Assembly (NCBI GenBank): GCA_964353135.1
Contig: CAYGTV010000001.1
Span: 151,138 to 215,137, forward strand
Direction: 5' to 3'
DNA from: an uncultured Candidatus Saccharibacteria bacterium
GTDB taxonomy: Bacteria; Patescibacteriota; Minisyncoccia; Phycocordibacterales; UBA918
DNA: 64,000 nt
Below are positions 18,598-28,182 of this stretch, in pieces. How positions within the stretch are numbered: the stretch's first letter is position 1; each line of letters starts with the position of its first letter. A program made the translations under genes and the position numbers. The notes beneath the pieces were generated by a model. That model ran no database searches, had not been told where the DNA came from, and worked only from the letters and a program-made list of their open reading frames with translations.

Positions 18598-19480
18598 CCA
18601 GAAAATTAAACGACTGCTCTTTGTGGTAGTTGGGTTGTTTGCGTTAGCGTTAATTATCCCTTCGGTGGTTAGGTTTGCTGCAGGGGTCGTGTTGTATCCA
18701 GTCATTCAGGTTGAAAATTGGTTTGCTGAATCAAATCAGGTACTTCCAACACTATGGCGTGACAAGATCGTTATGCAAAACCAAATTGACCAGCTGGAAC
18801 AGGAGCTAGCTCTGTCAGGTAAATTGGATTTAACTCAACGTCGCTTGTTTGATGAAAACAATCGTCTGCGTTCACTTTTAGGAGCCACCTCTTCACCCAG
18901 AACGCTCGCGGCTGTTGTTGGTAGGCCAGGCGAACTTCCATACGATCTGATTCAAATTGATCAGGGTTCGGCAGCTGGGATTGAGGCTGGGTCACCGGTG
19001 TATATCGGCGAAGATACAGTTATAGGTGTAGTTTCAGCGGTACAGCGCAACAGTGCATTTGTTACATTGTTTACTACGCCTGATTTTTTTGCAACGGTAT
19101 ATCTCTCTGGCCCAAATATAACAGCTTTGCTTGAAGGGCTAGGCGGAGGTGTAGCTCGTGTACGTGTACCACAGGGTGTGCCAATACGGGTTGATGACCT
19201 GGTTCATGTCCCCAGTGTACACCCAGGTGTATACGGGAGAATTGCTTGGGTTGAAAGCGAGCCAACCCAACCAGAGCAATATGGCTACATCACGCCCGAA
19301 ATCCCGATCAACAGCCTGTTCCAGGTTGCTGTCGCACAACCCGACATCATTACCACTGATGGAGAAGAAGCCAAGCAGTACATGTTAGAGATCCAAAATC
19401 GCTTACTGGTAATTCCTGAAATTACCCCAGCCACTACCAGTGCAACATCGACAGTTGCTACCACAACTGAACAATTATGA
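18566..19480 (+). CDS. mreC: Rod shape-determining protein MreC
   Basis: N-terminal TM helix, ENNRLRSLL coiled coil, IDQGSAAGI; synteny. Confidence 0.88.
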   Translation: MLIRSRRTSDNQKIKRLLFVVVGLFALALIIPSVVRFAAGVVLYPVIQVENWFAESNQVLPTLWRDKIVMQNQIDQLEQELALSGKLDLTQRRLFDENNRLRSLLGATSSPRTLAAVVGRPGELPYDLIQIDQGSAAGIEAGSPVYIGEDTVIGVVSAVQRNSAFVTLFTTPDFFATVYLSGPNITALLEGLGGGVARVRVPQGVPIRVDDLVHVPSVHPGVYGRIAWVESEPTQPEQYGYITPEIPINSLFQVAVAQPDIITTDGEEAKQYMLEIQNRLLVIPEITPATTSATSTVATTTEQL

Positions 19481-19722
19481 TTCCGTTTGTATTACTCTTT
19501 TTATTTATAGTTTCAATTCTCAACAGCTGGGCGGCTATGATTGTTGGTATTGCAACTGTGTTTGCGTACCGCTACAACACAGTCTGGTTGTTTGTGGTAG
19601 GAGTGTTATGTGATTCTTATTTTGGGGCTTTTAGTGATGTTCCGGTCTACAGCCTTAGTCTCGGGGCATTTGCACTCTTGGTTGAAGTTCTGAAATTACG
19701 CTTAGTTGGTGTAAAATCATAA
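19477..19722 (+). CDS. Small hydrophobic MreD-like protein
   Basis: 81 aa, 3 TM helices, G.LxD.YFG pattern; lies between mreC and PBP2. Confidence 0.6.
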   Translation: MIPFVLLFLFIVSILNSWAAMIVGIATVFAYRYNTVWLFVVGVLCDSYFGAFSDVPVYSLSLGAFALLVEVLKLRLVGVKS

Positions 19723-19723
19723 T

Positions 19724-21466
19724 ATGAGAACGCTACGTGACCGTTACACAACCGATGTGTCAGTGGAAGAAGTCTTGCTTGACGCTTCCAATATATCCTC
19801 TTTTAACCGAGAAAGAATGGAAGGGAAGCGAGAGTTGCGGATTGATAACCGAAGCCTATTACTTGTATGGTGGATGTTTTTGGCGATCGCTGGTGCGTTT
19901 ATCTATCAGGTATTCAACTTGCAGGTGGTAGAAGGGGCGACGTATTTAGGGATAGCAGAAAACAATCAGCGAGATCAGTCAGTGATTATCGCAGAGCGAG
20001 GGGTGGTGACTGATCGTCGGGGTGAGCCAATGGTGTGGAATGAGCTTGATGATAGTGGTGAGTATGACTTTCCGATTCGGGCGTATACAGACCGAGCAGG
20101 ACTGGGTCAGGTATTGGGTTATGTGAGTTATCCAAAGCGTGATAGCTCGGGTGTATTTTTCCGTACCGACTACCTAGGGCGAAGTGGGGTGGAATCGGCC
20201 TTTGACGAGAATCTCAAGGGGCAAAACGGAAGCGCGATTGTTGAGGTTGATGCCTTTTTGGAGGTGGTGAGTGAATTTGCGATTGATGAACCTGTGTCCG
20301 GTGGAGAATTGCAGCTCTCCATTGATGCCGAGCTGTCGGAGGCGATGTACAACATCATCTCGACCTCAACTACTCAGGCAGGATTTCGAAGTGGTGCTGG
20401 TGCGATTATGAATATTCATACCGGAGAGCTGATTGCCTTAACTAGTTTTCCTTCGTACGATCCAGAAGTTATGGCCGATGGTGACGATACAGAACTAATA
20501 GAACAGTACAACACTGACGACCGGCTCCCGTTTTTAAACAAAGCCATTAGTGGTGCTTACACCCCAGGTTCCATCGTAAAGCCGTTTGTGGCCTACGCAG
20601 CTCTCAAAGAAGGGGTGGTATCAGAAAATACTCGGATGTTTAGTAACGGAACGCTACGGATTCCAAACGTATATAACCCTAGCAATCCATCACTTTTCAA
20701 TGACTGGCGTGCTCATGGTGATATGACTGTACGTGAAGCGATTGCGTATTCCTCAAACGTATATTTTTATATTGTCGGAGGAGGGTTGCCAGAGTTTGCC
20801 GCTCCGCAGGCCGGACTAAATCATGGCATCGAAGGATTGGGTATTACCAAAATGGCGGAGTATTATCATAAATTTGGTATGGGGGAACTAACCGGGGTCA
20901 ATATTGCCCAAGAGCAAGCTGGCGTGGTCCCTGATCCCGCCTGGAAACAGGAAGTATTTAATGATGACTGGCGTTTGGGTGATACCTATTTCACTTCAAT
21001 TGGGCAGTTTGGCTTTTTGACTACACCGATCCAAATGTTGCGCGCCTATGCAGCTCTGGCTAATGGTGGATATCTAGTCACTCCGCACGTTATCGCCGGT
21101 CAGCAGAGTGAAAAAATCGATATCGAGTTAGATCCATATATTCTGCAAATTATTCACGAGGGTATGCGCAAGACTGTGAACTTTCCTGGTGGGACTGCTC
21201 GGGCATTTGAACGTAACGATGTAGCCATCGCAGCCAAATCAGGCACAGCTGAGATCGGCGCCGGGAATGCGTACGTCAACTCCTGGGCAGCCGGTTTTTG
21301 GCCGTACGAAGATCCTCAGTATGCGTTTATCTTGATGATGGACCGTGCTCCGCGCAGTAATGCACTTGGAGCAACGCGAATCATGGGTGATGTAGTTGAG
21401 TGGATGAGTATCAATCGACCTGACTACCTGGGTATAGAAATTGCGACAGAAACAGTCTCAGAGTAA
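19724..21466 (+). CDS. mrdA: Penicillin-binding protein 2
   Basis: PGSIVK (SxxK), SSN, KSGTAE motifs. Confidence 0.9.
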   Translation: MRTLRDRYTTDVSVEEVLLDASNISSFNRERMEGKRELRIDNRSLLLVWWMFLAIAGAFIYQVFNLQVVEGATYLGIAENNQRDQSVIIAERGVVTDRRGEPMVWNELDDSGEYDFPIRAYTDRAGLGQVLGYVSYPKRDSSGVFFRTDYLGRSGVESAFDENLKGQNGSAIVEVDAFLEVVSEFAIDEPVSGGELQLSIDAELSEAMYNIISTSTTQAGFRSGAGAIMNIHTGELIALTSFPSYDPEVMADGDDTELIEQYNTDDRLPFLNKAISGAYTPGSIVKPFVAYAALKEGVVSENTRMFSNGTLRIPNVYNPSNPSLFNDWRAHGDMTVREAIAYSSNVYFYIVGGGLPEFAAPQAGLNHGIEGLGITKMAEYYHKFGMGELTGVNIAQEQAGVVPDPAWKQEVFNDDWRLGDTYFTSIGQFGFLTTPIQMLRAYAALANGGYLVTPHVIAGQQSEKIDIELDPYILQIIHEGMRKTVNFPGGTARAFERNDVAIAAKSGTAEIGAGNAYVNSWAAGFWPYEDPQYAFILMMDRAPRSNALGATRIMGDVVEWMSINRPDYLGIEIATETVSE

Positions 21467-21541
21467 GGGCAAATTTATCCCCAATTGCATATTGCATGAT
21501 GATACGTATAATAGCTGTAATTCATTAATCAAACGTAGACT

Positions 21542-22012
21542 ATGACAGATGCACAATCGTTCTTAACCCCAGAAAAATTCGAGGAACTGAAAAAAGAACT
21601 CGAACACCTTAAAACTGTCCGCCGGAAAGAAATTGCTGAAGCGTTAGAATACGCACGAAGCCTGGGAGATCTTTCTGAAAATGCTGAATATCAAGAAGCT
21701 CGTGATATGCAGGCCGCTATCGAAGAACGAATCACGTACTTGGAAAAAACAATCAAAGAAGCCAAGATTGTTGATGATAAAAAGAAAGGTGATGTGGTTG
21801 GGCTTGGATCAGTGGTTCAGATCCAGAAAGAAAAAGAGAAAGATAAAAAAGAATACACCATTGTCGGTTCAGATGAAGCTAACATCCACGACCGAAAGCT
21901 GTCATACCTTTCACCTTTAGGTGAAGCGCTCATGGGAAAGACTAAGGGCGATGAGTTTGAGTTTGAGACTCCTGTCGGTATCCAAAAGTACAAAGTTTTA
22001 AAGGTTGCTTAA
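21542..22012 (+). CDS. greA: Transcription elongation factor GreA
   Basis: GDLSENAEY, SPLGEALMG. Confidence 0.97.
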   Translation: MTDAQSFLTPEKFEELKKELEHLKTVRRKEIAEALEYARSLGDLSENAEYQEARDMQAAIEERITYLEKTIKEAKIVDDKKKGDVVGLGSVVQIQKEKEKDKKEYTIVGSDEANIHDRKLSYLSPLGEALMGKTKGDEFEFETPVGIQKYKVLKVA

Positions 22013-22123
22013 GCACTCCATCTACTTCGTTAGACTGCGCAAAAAGCCGCTCGCTGGGCACTCGCCCCACTCGCGGCTTTTTGCTTGTCCGCCTCGTATC
22101 TGAAATACTTACACAACTTTAAA
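21997..22123. repeat. Palindromic interspersed element, copy 2
   Basis: Core 22021-22100 homologous to 16044-16123. Confidence 0.85.
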
Positions 22124-22209
22124 TATCAGGGTGGGAACGTTCAGAGTTGTTGTAGTCAGTATCTGCTGGGCTTTTCTTTTACCTACTGGTGCGCTACGAT
22201 AGCTCTACT

Positions 22210-23814
22210 ATGTTTTGGGCAGATAAAATCGCAGATGAAGTTGAGCGACGTTACCAGTCTCACATTGAGGCAGGTAAACCGATTGTTGTGCGTGATGAAA
22301 AAACCGCCTCAGGGCAGGTGCATGTTGGTTCGCTTCGCAGTGCCGCTTTACATGCGATTGTGGCCGACATCCTACGTGATCGTGGGCACAACGTCGAGTT
22401 TTACTTCGAGATCAATGACTTTGACCCGATGGACGGTATTCCGGGTTACTTGGACAAAGAGGTGTATGCAAAATACATGGGACACCCACTGTTCAAGATT
22501 CCGTCTCCGGTGGAGGGGTATGAGAACTTTGCTGAACTTTATGGTCAGGAATACGTTGAGGTGGTCAACAAAATTGGTTTTGGTGCGACTGTGTATCGAG
22601 CGACTGAATTATACAAGGAAGGGAAGATGAACGACCAAATCCGAGCTACGTTAGATAAGAAGGATATCATTCATAAGATTTACAAAGAAGTCTCAGGTAG
22701 CGACCGGGCGGCTGATTGGTATCCGCTCAACGTCATCTGTGAAAATTGTGGCAACCTAAGCGCTACTCGCATTACTAACTGGGACGGCGAGATGGTTTCA
22801 TATACCTGTTCATCTGACACTATCGAGTGGGCAGAGGGTTGTGGTCATACGGGCCGAATCTCGCCCTTTGACGGCAATGCATCACTGCCATGGAAACCAG
22901 AGTGGGCAGCAAAATTTGTAGCTAAAAACGTCAATTTTGAAGGTGGTGGAAAAGATCACTACACCAAAGGTGGTTCACGTCAGGTAGCAGAAGCAATCTG
23001 TCGGGAAGTATATGAACATGAGCCACCGTACGGAGTGTTTAACGAATTCTTCCTCGTGGGCGGAAAGAAAATGTCATCAAGTAAAGGGAACGCAGCCACC
23101 GCCAAAGAAATGACTGAATTGCTCCCGCCACACATGTTGCGTCTGCTGCTGCTCAAAACACCAATCAACCGGCAAATCGACTTTGACCCAGAAGGGGACG
23201 CTATCCCAGTTCTGTTTGACGTGTACGACCGACTAGCAGAGAAAACCTGGAGCGGGGTAGCGGATGATGATTCACAAGTATTTAGATACTCACACCTACC
23301 TGAAGATCGGGCTGTTGTGTCAGGGAAAACTGTCCTCACAGAAGAACGGTTTTTACCTAGGTTTTCACAAATCGCATTTTTTGTCCAAATGCCACATATG
23401 GATGTGTACCAAGAGGTCGCAACACTTAAGGGAGAAAAACTTACACAAGCTGATAAGAGAGAAATTGAACTTAGAGTCGAGTACGCAAAACGCTGGTTAG
23501 CGAACTACGCTGATGAGCGATTCATCTTTGCTCTTCAAGAAAATGTTCCAGAACTGGTGTCAGAACTATCGGCCGAACAAAAGAGTGCGTTGGTACAGTT
23601 AGCTGACAAGATTGAGAGTGGTGAGGAAATGACTGGAGAAACCTTACACGCTTTGATTCATGATGTGAAAGAGGCTTCAGGGTTAACTCCACAGCAATTC
23701 TTCACCGCCATTTACATCGCATTCCTAGGAAAAGAAAGTGGTCCAAAAGTAGGTTGGTTCTTGAGTACGTTAGAGAAAGAGTTTGTAGTGGCACGATTGC
23801 GACTGGAAGAATAG
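22210..23814 (+). CDS. lysS: Lysyl-tRNA synthetase, class I
   Basis: MFWAD, SGQVHVG (HIGH-like), GKDH, KMSSSKGN, GPK; start at the ATG after a leaderless -10. Confidence 0.93.
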   Translation: MFWADKIADEVERRYQSHIEAGKPIVVRDEKTASGQVHVGSLRSAALHAIVADILRDRGHNVEFYFEINDFDPMDGIPGYLDKEVYAKYMGHPLFKIPSPVEGYENFAELYGQEYVEVVNKIGFGATVYRATELYKEGKMNDQIRATLDKKDIIHKIYKEVSGSDRAADWYPLNVICENCGNLSATRITNWDGEMVSYTCSSDTIEWAEGCGHTGRISPFDGNASLPWKPEWAAKFVAKNVNFEGGGKDHYTKGGSRQVAEAICREVYEHEPPYGVFNEFFLVGGKKMSSSKGNAATAKEMTELLPPHMLRLLLLKTPINRQIDFDPEGDAIPVLFDVYDRLAEKTWSGVADDDSQVFRYSHLPEDRAVVSGKTVLTEERFLPRFSQIAFFVQMPHMDVYQEVATLKGEKLTQADKREIELRVEYAKRWLANYADERFIFALQENVPELVSELSAEQKSALVQLADKIESGEEMTGETLHALIHDVKEASGLTPQQFFTAIYIAFLGKESGPKVGWFLSTLEKEFVVARLRLEE

Positions 23815-23900
23815 TGACATTCATTTAAATAAATACTTGCATTTTACTATAAATATGTTATGGTGCTGTTCGCCAATGATGGCAAGAAAAGGAACAAAAA

Positions 23901-24308
23901 TTGAAAAATTCAAAGATCACTGCTCAGGCCAAACAACTCTTGGTCAAAATGACACCAAAACAGCTTGATGCGCTCAAGGTTGCCATCAAAGCTGAAGAAG
24001 CCAAGAGGGTAGAGGCCAGCAGAAAGGCAGCTGCCACAGCAGCCGCAAAAGCCGCCGCCGCACACGGCTTCACCTTGGTTGAATTGGGTCTTTCGCTGCC
24101 GGCAAAGTCGGCTGTGAATGCCAACTATAAAGAAACAAAGAAACAGATGACGTCCGAACCAAAGTTTGCCGATCCGGCAAACCCGGCTCGTACCTGGACT
24201 GGCAAAGGTCGCCGGCCTGATTGGTTCAAGTCCGCAGTGGCCTCAGGCACACGGCCTGATGCAATGCTGATCGCAAAAGCTCCACCACAGCTGAGCGCTG
24301 TTGCCTAA
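23901..24308 (+). CDS. H-NS family nucleoid-associated protein
   Basis: C-terminal PKFADPANPARTWTGKGRRPDWF; own promoter, AAGGA SD, terminator at 24337-24365. Confidence 0.85.
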   Translation: MKNSKITAQAKQLLVKMTPKQLDALKVAIKAEEAKRVEASRKAAATAAAKAAAAHGFTLVELGLSLPAKSAVNANYKETKKQMTSEPKFADPANPARTWTGKGRRPDWFKSAVASGTRPDAMLIAKAPPQLSAVA

Positions 24309-24511
24309 ATCCCAAAAGGGGACCGCACATTCAAAGAAAAGCCTCGTCATTCGACGGGGCTTTTTGGTTGTGCGTTGTGTACATCAAGTGAGGTGTCGCT
24401 CATTGTGAGCGTCCGCGGGGACTGCGTGCCTGCTGTAGTTGGTGTGCGTCGGAGCGTGCGAGCAATTAGTGACACCGAACGACCGACTTGTCCCCAGATA
24501 AGTACCATGAA

Positions 24512-24572
24512 GTGGTTGCGGGTGGGGCGAAGTGTTATAGAATGTATGAGTGGTGGGAGATAGTGGTATACT
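24512..24572 (+). promoter_or_regulatory. MraZ-box repeats and mraZ -10
   Basis: GTGG/GTGT at 24512, 24522, 24532, 24553 and 24563 (about 10-nt period), then TATACT; resembles known MraZ direct-repeat operators. Confidence 0.7.
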
Positions 24573-24605
24573 AGAAATGTTAAGCAATTAGCAGATCTAG
24601 CGTAC

Positions 24606-24671
24606 TGAGTGAGTTTCCGCAGTCCATAGGACTGTTCTCCACCAGTTGTATGGACTGCGGAGGCTCACTCA
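24606..24671 (+). other. Long stem-loop in the mraZ 5' leader
   Basis: TGAGTGAGtttCCGCAGTCCATA ... TATGGACTGCGGaggCTCACTCA, 23-bp stem with two G-U pairs. Confidence 0.8.
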
Positions 24672-24680
24672 AATCAAGTT

Positions 24681-25115
24681 ATGTTAATCGGTGAATACAA
24701 ACACACGTTGGACACTAAGCGACGGCTGTCACTTCCTTCTAAATGGAGGGATGAACTTGGTGGAAAGCTTGTAGTCACTCGAGGACTTGATTCATGTCTC
24801 TTTGTATATCCTCTGAAGGAGTGGAAGACGATAACCGATAAGGTTGGACAGCTTCCACTCGGTCAGGCGGATACACGGAGTTTTAACCGCTTTTTTCTGT
24901 CAGGGGCAGTAGAAGTGGAGGTTGATTCAGTTGGACGTATTCTCGTGCCAGACTTCTTGAAAGATTTTGGGGGCTTAGACACCAAGGTGGTGCTAGCTGG
25001 AATCCATAATCGCATCGAGATTTGGGATGAGACACGCTGGGAAGCGTATAAGAAGGGTGTTGAAGCACAGGCAGATGCCTTGGCTGAGAAACTCGGAGAT
25101 ATAGGCGTCCTCTAG
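24681..25115 (+). CDS. mraZ: Transcriptional regulator MraZ
   Basis: MLIGEYKHTLD.KRRL.LP, D..GRILVP, IEIW. Confidence 0.96.
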   Translation: MLIGEYKHTLDTKRRLSLPSKWRDELGGKLVVTRGLDSCLFVYPLKEWKTITDKVGQLPLGQADTRSFNRFFLSGAVEVEVDSVGRILVPDFLKDFGGLDTKVVLAGIHNRIEIWDETRWEAYKKGVEAQADALAEKLGDIGVL

Positions 25116-25136
25116 ATCACTAACATCCGTATATGT

Positions 25137-26015
25137 ATGAAACACGAAACAGTACTGCTTAGGGAAGCGGTAGAAGCACTAGCAATCAGGCCGGACAGCA
25201 CTATCGTCGACGCGACGTTTGGAGCAGGTGGCCACGCGACACAGATTTTGTCGCAGCTAGGTGCAGCAGGTTCATATATAGGAATTGATACAGATGAAAC
25301 AGCGCTACGTCACAAATTGAATGAATCTAAAAACGTCACCTTGGTTCACGGAAATTTCCGTGACCTAGAAACGCACCTTTCAAAACTAAACATAGATCAC
25401 GTAGATGGCATCCTGGCTGACCTTGGTTGGCGGATGGAGCAGTTCTCAGGCAACGGACGAGGTTTTTCGTTTAGGCATGATGAACCGCTTCTGATGACCT
25501 TGGGCGACCCGGTAGACTACCCGTTTACCGCCCGTGACATCGTCAATGAGTGGGATGAACACGTATTGGCTGACATTATCTTTGGCTACGGTGAAGAACG
25601 TTTCGCTAGACGAATCGCCAAGCGTATTGTTGAAACCAGAATTGAAACACCAATTGAAACCAGTAAACAGTTGTCAGACCTCATCGTCAGTGCGTATCCA
25701 GCTGCTGCCAGACACGGTCGGACTCACGTCGCGACTAAAACCTTTCAAGCGCTGCGTATAGCGGTAAACGAAGAGCTGGCAGTAATTGAGGAGCTCATTG
25801 AGCAAGGTATCAACCTGCTGGGTACACAAGGGCGGTTTGCCATCATCACCTTCCACAGTATCGAAGACCGAGTGGTTAAGCATGCATTCAAAGCTGCGGC
25901 TGCAGCAGAGCGTGGTCAGGTAGTTACCAAAAAACCGATTGTAGCCACTCCAGAAGAACTAGAAGAGAACCCCAGATCAAGAAGCGCCAAGCTTCGCATA
26001 TTTGAAAAAATATAA
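25137..26015 (+). CDS. rsmH: 16S rRNA m4C1402 methyltransferase
   Basis: DATFGAGGH, FQALRIAVN, FHSIEDR, NPRSRSAKLR. Confidence 0.97.
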   Translation: MKHETVLLREAVEALAIRPDSTIVDATFGAGGHATQILSQLGAAGSYIGIDTDETALRHKLNESKNVTLVHGNFRDLETHLSKLNIDHVDGILADLGWRMEQFSGNGRGFSFRHDEPLLMTLGDPVDYPFTARDIVNEWDEHVLADIIFGYGEERFARRIAKRIVETRIETPIETSKQLSDLIVSAYPAAARHGRTHVATKTFQALRIAVNEELAVIEELIEQGINLLGTQGRFAIITFHSIEDRVVKHAFKAAAAAERGQVVTKKPIVATPEELEENPRSRSAKLRIFEKI

Positions 26016-26053
26016 ACCAACCTATAAATACCCTCTAAATTTTCTCCACAATT

Positions 26054-26359
26054 ATGAGCAAAAGTCGCGAAACAATTTCATACTCTCCGTACACCCTCGG
26101 GCTGATAGCGCTGATTGGCGTTGGCCTGGTAGGCTACCTGTACTTTTTAAACCTCTCGGTAGTCCATGTGGTTATTCGTAAGGAACTAATGCTAGATGTT
26201 CAAAATACTAAAAACCAAATAGCACTACTCGAGACCGAATATATCTCGGCACAACACACAATTGCTGCTAATATGGCAGCAGTGTCAAAATTCCAAGAAG
26301 ATCAGGCAAAAATTTTTGTAATGCGTGATGCTTCTGACAGCTTTGTGCTAGGTCAGTAA
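26054..26359 (+). CDS. FtsL-like cell division protein
   Basis: Single TM helix plus coiled coil, between rsmH and the PBP gene. Confidence 0.65.
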   Translation: MSKSRETISYSPYTLGLIALIGVGLVGYLYFLNLSVVHVVIRKELMLDVQNTKNQIALLETEYISAQHTIAANMAAVSKFQEDQAKIFVMRDASDSFVLGQ

Positions 26360-26362
26360 TGT

Positions 26363-28081
26363 ATGCGTCGCCAACAACGCACAACTCGCATTAGAATTGT
26401 GGCCGGCGCAATTTGTACCGTCGCTTTTTTGCTTGTAGTGCGAAGTTATGTTGTACAAATTGCACATGGCGAGCAATACACATCGCAGGCAGAAGCCCAG
26501 TATACTCGCACGACTACAGATCTGTATAACCGAGGGTCAATATTCTTTTCTACTCGTGACGGGGCTACGCTTTCGGCAGCGGCGGTAAAATCTGGTTATG
26601 TGCTAGCGCTTGATCCATCACGGATAACTGATGCAGGAAAAGTCTGTTCAACACTCGAGTCGTTTATAGATATCACAAACGAACTGTGTTTGACGCGGGC
26701 GACCCTGGCAAATCGAACCTATGTTGAGATCGACAATCGCATCGATGAAAGTGAGGCTGACGTGATCATAGAAGCAAACCTTGATGGTGTGTTTTTACAT
26801 CAAAACCAATGGCGCTATTATCCAGGTGGTTCAGTAGCCGCTCGCTCGGTCGGGTTTGTTGGTTTTACAGATGATGGTACCGATTTACGTGGGAAATACG
26901 GCCTTGAGCGTCAGTATGATGATGTGTTATATCGTCCAAACGAAGTACGATCAGTAAACTTTTTTGCCGAGCTCTTTAGTGACCTGGGTGGCTATATTGT
27001 TAACAACAAACAGCACAAGTCCGGTGATGTCGTGACAACTCTAGAACCATCGGTTTCGCGTATGCTCGATACCGTCCTACAAGAAACCAACGATCAGTAC
27101 AATAGCAAGCTGACAGGAGCGATCATCATGGATCCTAAAACTGGTGAAATCATTGCTATGAACGCAGTGCCGGTATTTGACCTCAATGATCGTAGTGATG
27201 CGTCAATTGAGCAATTTAGAAACCCCCTGGTTGAAAACGTATATGAGTTTGGTTCTACGATCAAAGCGCTCACTGTGGCAGCGGGGCTTGATAGTGGTGC
27301 GATTGTACCCAGTACAACGTATTATGACAGTGGTGAGCTAACCCTTGATACGTTTACCATCAGAAACTTTGACGGGCGAGGGCGAGGGACTGTGCCAATG
27401 CAAGAAATCCTGAACCAGTCACTCAACACCGGGGTGTCCTGGATTGTGACACAAATGGGTAAAGATCTATTTCGAGATTATTTCCTGAACCTGAAACTGG
27501 GTAGCGAAAGTGGGATTGATCTCCCAAACGAAGCTTTTGGACTGGTTGATAACCTAAATTCACCCCGTGACGTTGAGTATGCTACAGCGTCCTTTGGACA
27601 GGGGATTGCGGTGTCGCCGATAGCAGCCACAAGAGCACTAGCGACACTTGGTAATGGTGGTCACCTAGTTACTCCGCATATCGTTAAACAGATCAATTTT
27701 ACCGATGGTACAACCCATGAAATCAAATACCCAGACGGAGCTCAGGTATTTACTCCCGAAACTAGTGAAGAGATATCAAGGATGCTGACAGTAGTGGTGG
27801 ATGATGCACTCCGCAACGGAACAGTAGCCCTACCAAACCACACTATTGCCGCAAAAACTGGAACTGCGCAGATCGCAGACCCAGTCAACGGTGGGTATTA
27901 TGATGATCGATACCTTCATTCATTTTTTGGTTACTTTCCAGCTTATGACCCAGAATTCATCATTTTCTTGTATACTGTAGAGCCAAAAGGGGTTCGGTAT
28001 GCATCAGAGACGCTCACTACTCCATTTATGGATATGACCAAATTCTTGATTAATTATTACTCAATTCCACCTGACCGATAA
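26363..28081 (+). CDS. ftsI: Class B penicillin-binding protein (FtsI-like)
   Basis: YEFGSTIK, SLN, KTGTAQ; dcw position. Confidence 0.88.
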   Translation: MRRQQRTTRIRIVAGAICTVAFLLVVRSYVVQIAHGEQYTSQAEAQYTRTTTDLYNRGSIFFSTRDGATLSAAAVKSGYVLALDPSRITDAGKVCSTLESFIDITNELCLTRATLANRTYVEIDNRIDESEADVIIEANLDGVFLHQNQWRYYPGGSVAARSVGFVGFTDDGTDLRGKYGLERQYDDVLYRPNEVRSVNFFAELFSDLGGYIVNNKQHKSGDVVTTLEPSVSRMLDTVLQETNDQYNSKLTGAIIMDPKTGEIIAMNAVPVFDLNDRSDASIEQFRNPLVENVYEFGSTIKALTVAAGLDSGAIVPSTTYYDSGELTLDTFTIRNFDGRGRGTVPMQEILNQSLNTGVSWIVTQMGKDLFRDYFLNLKLGSESGIDLPNEAFGLVDNLNSPRDVEYATASFGQGIAVSPIAATRALATLGNGGHLVTPHIVKQINFTDGTTHEIKYPDGAQVFTPETSEEISRMLTVVVDDALRNGTVALPNHTIAAKTGTAQIADPVNGGYYDDRYLHSFFGYFPAYDPEFIIFLYTVEPKGVRYASETLTTPFMDMTKFLINYYSIPPDR

Positions 28082-28182
28082 CCCTACTTGTCCTGTTAGA
28101 AATTTCAGAACGTTCTGCACCTGGGTTAAAATAGATTGTATGCCGACAAACCTACTTACTGACTTAAATAATTTCTACTAGG

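Noticed and set aside
16044-22140. T-box riboswitch interpretation of the twin elements before proS and lysS (AGGGTGGGAAC near 22128)
   Set aside because: There is no Pro/Lys specifier difference between copies and no T-box in copy 1. Both synthetase genes have their own leaderless -10 downstream of the element.
22210-23814. Class I LysRS, two mreB paralogs and reduced holB/mreD as novelties
   Set aside because: Known or expected features of Patescibacteria-type genomes
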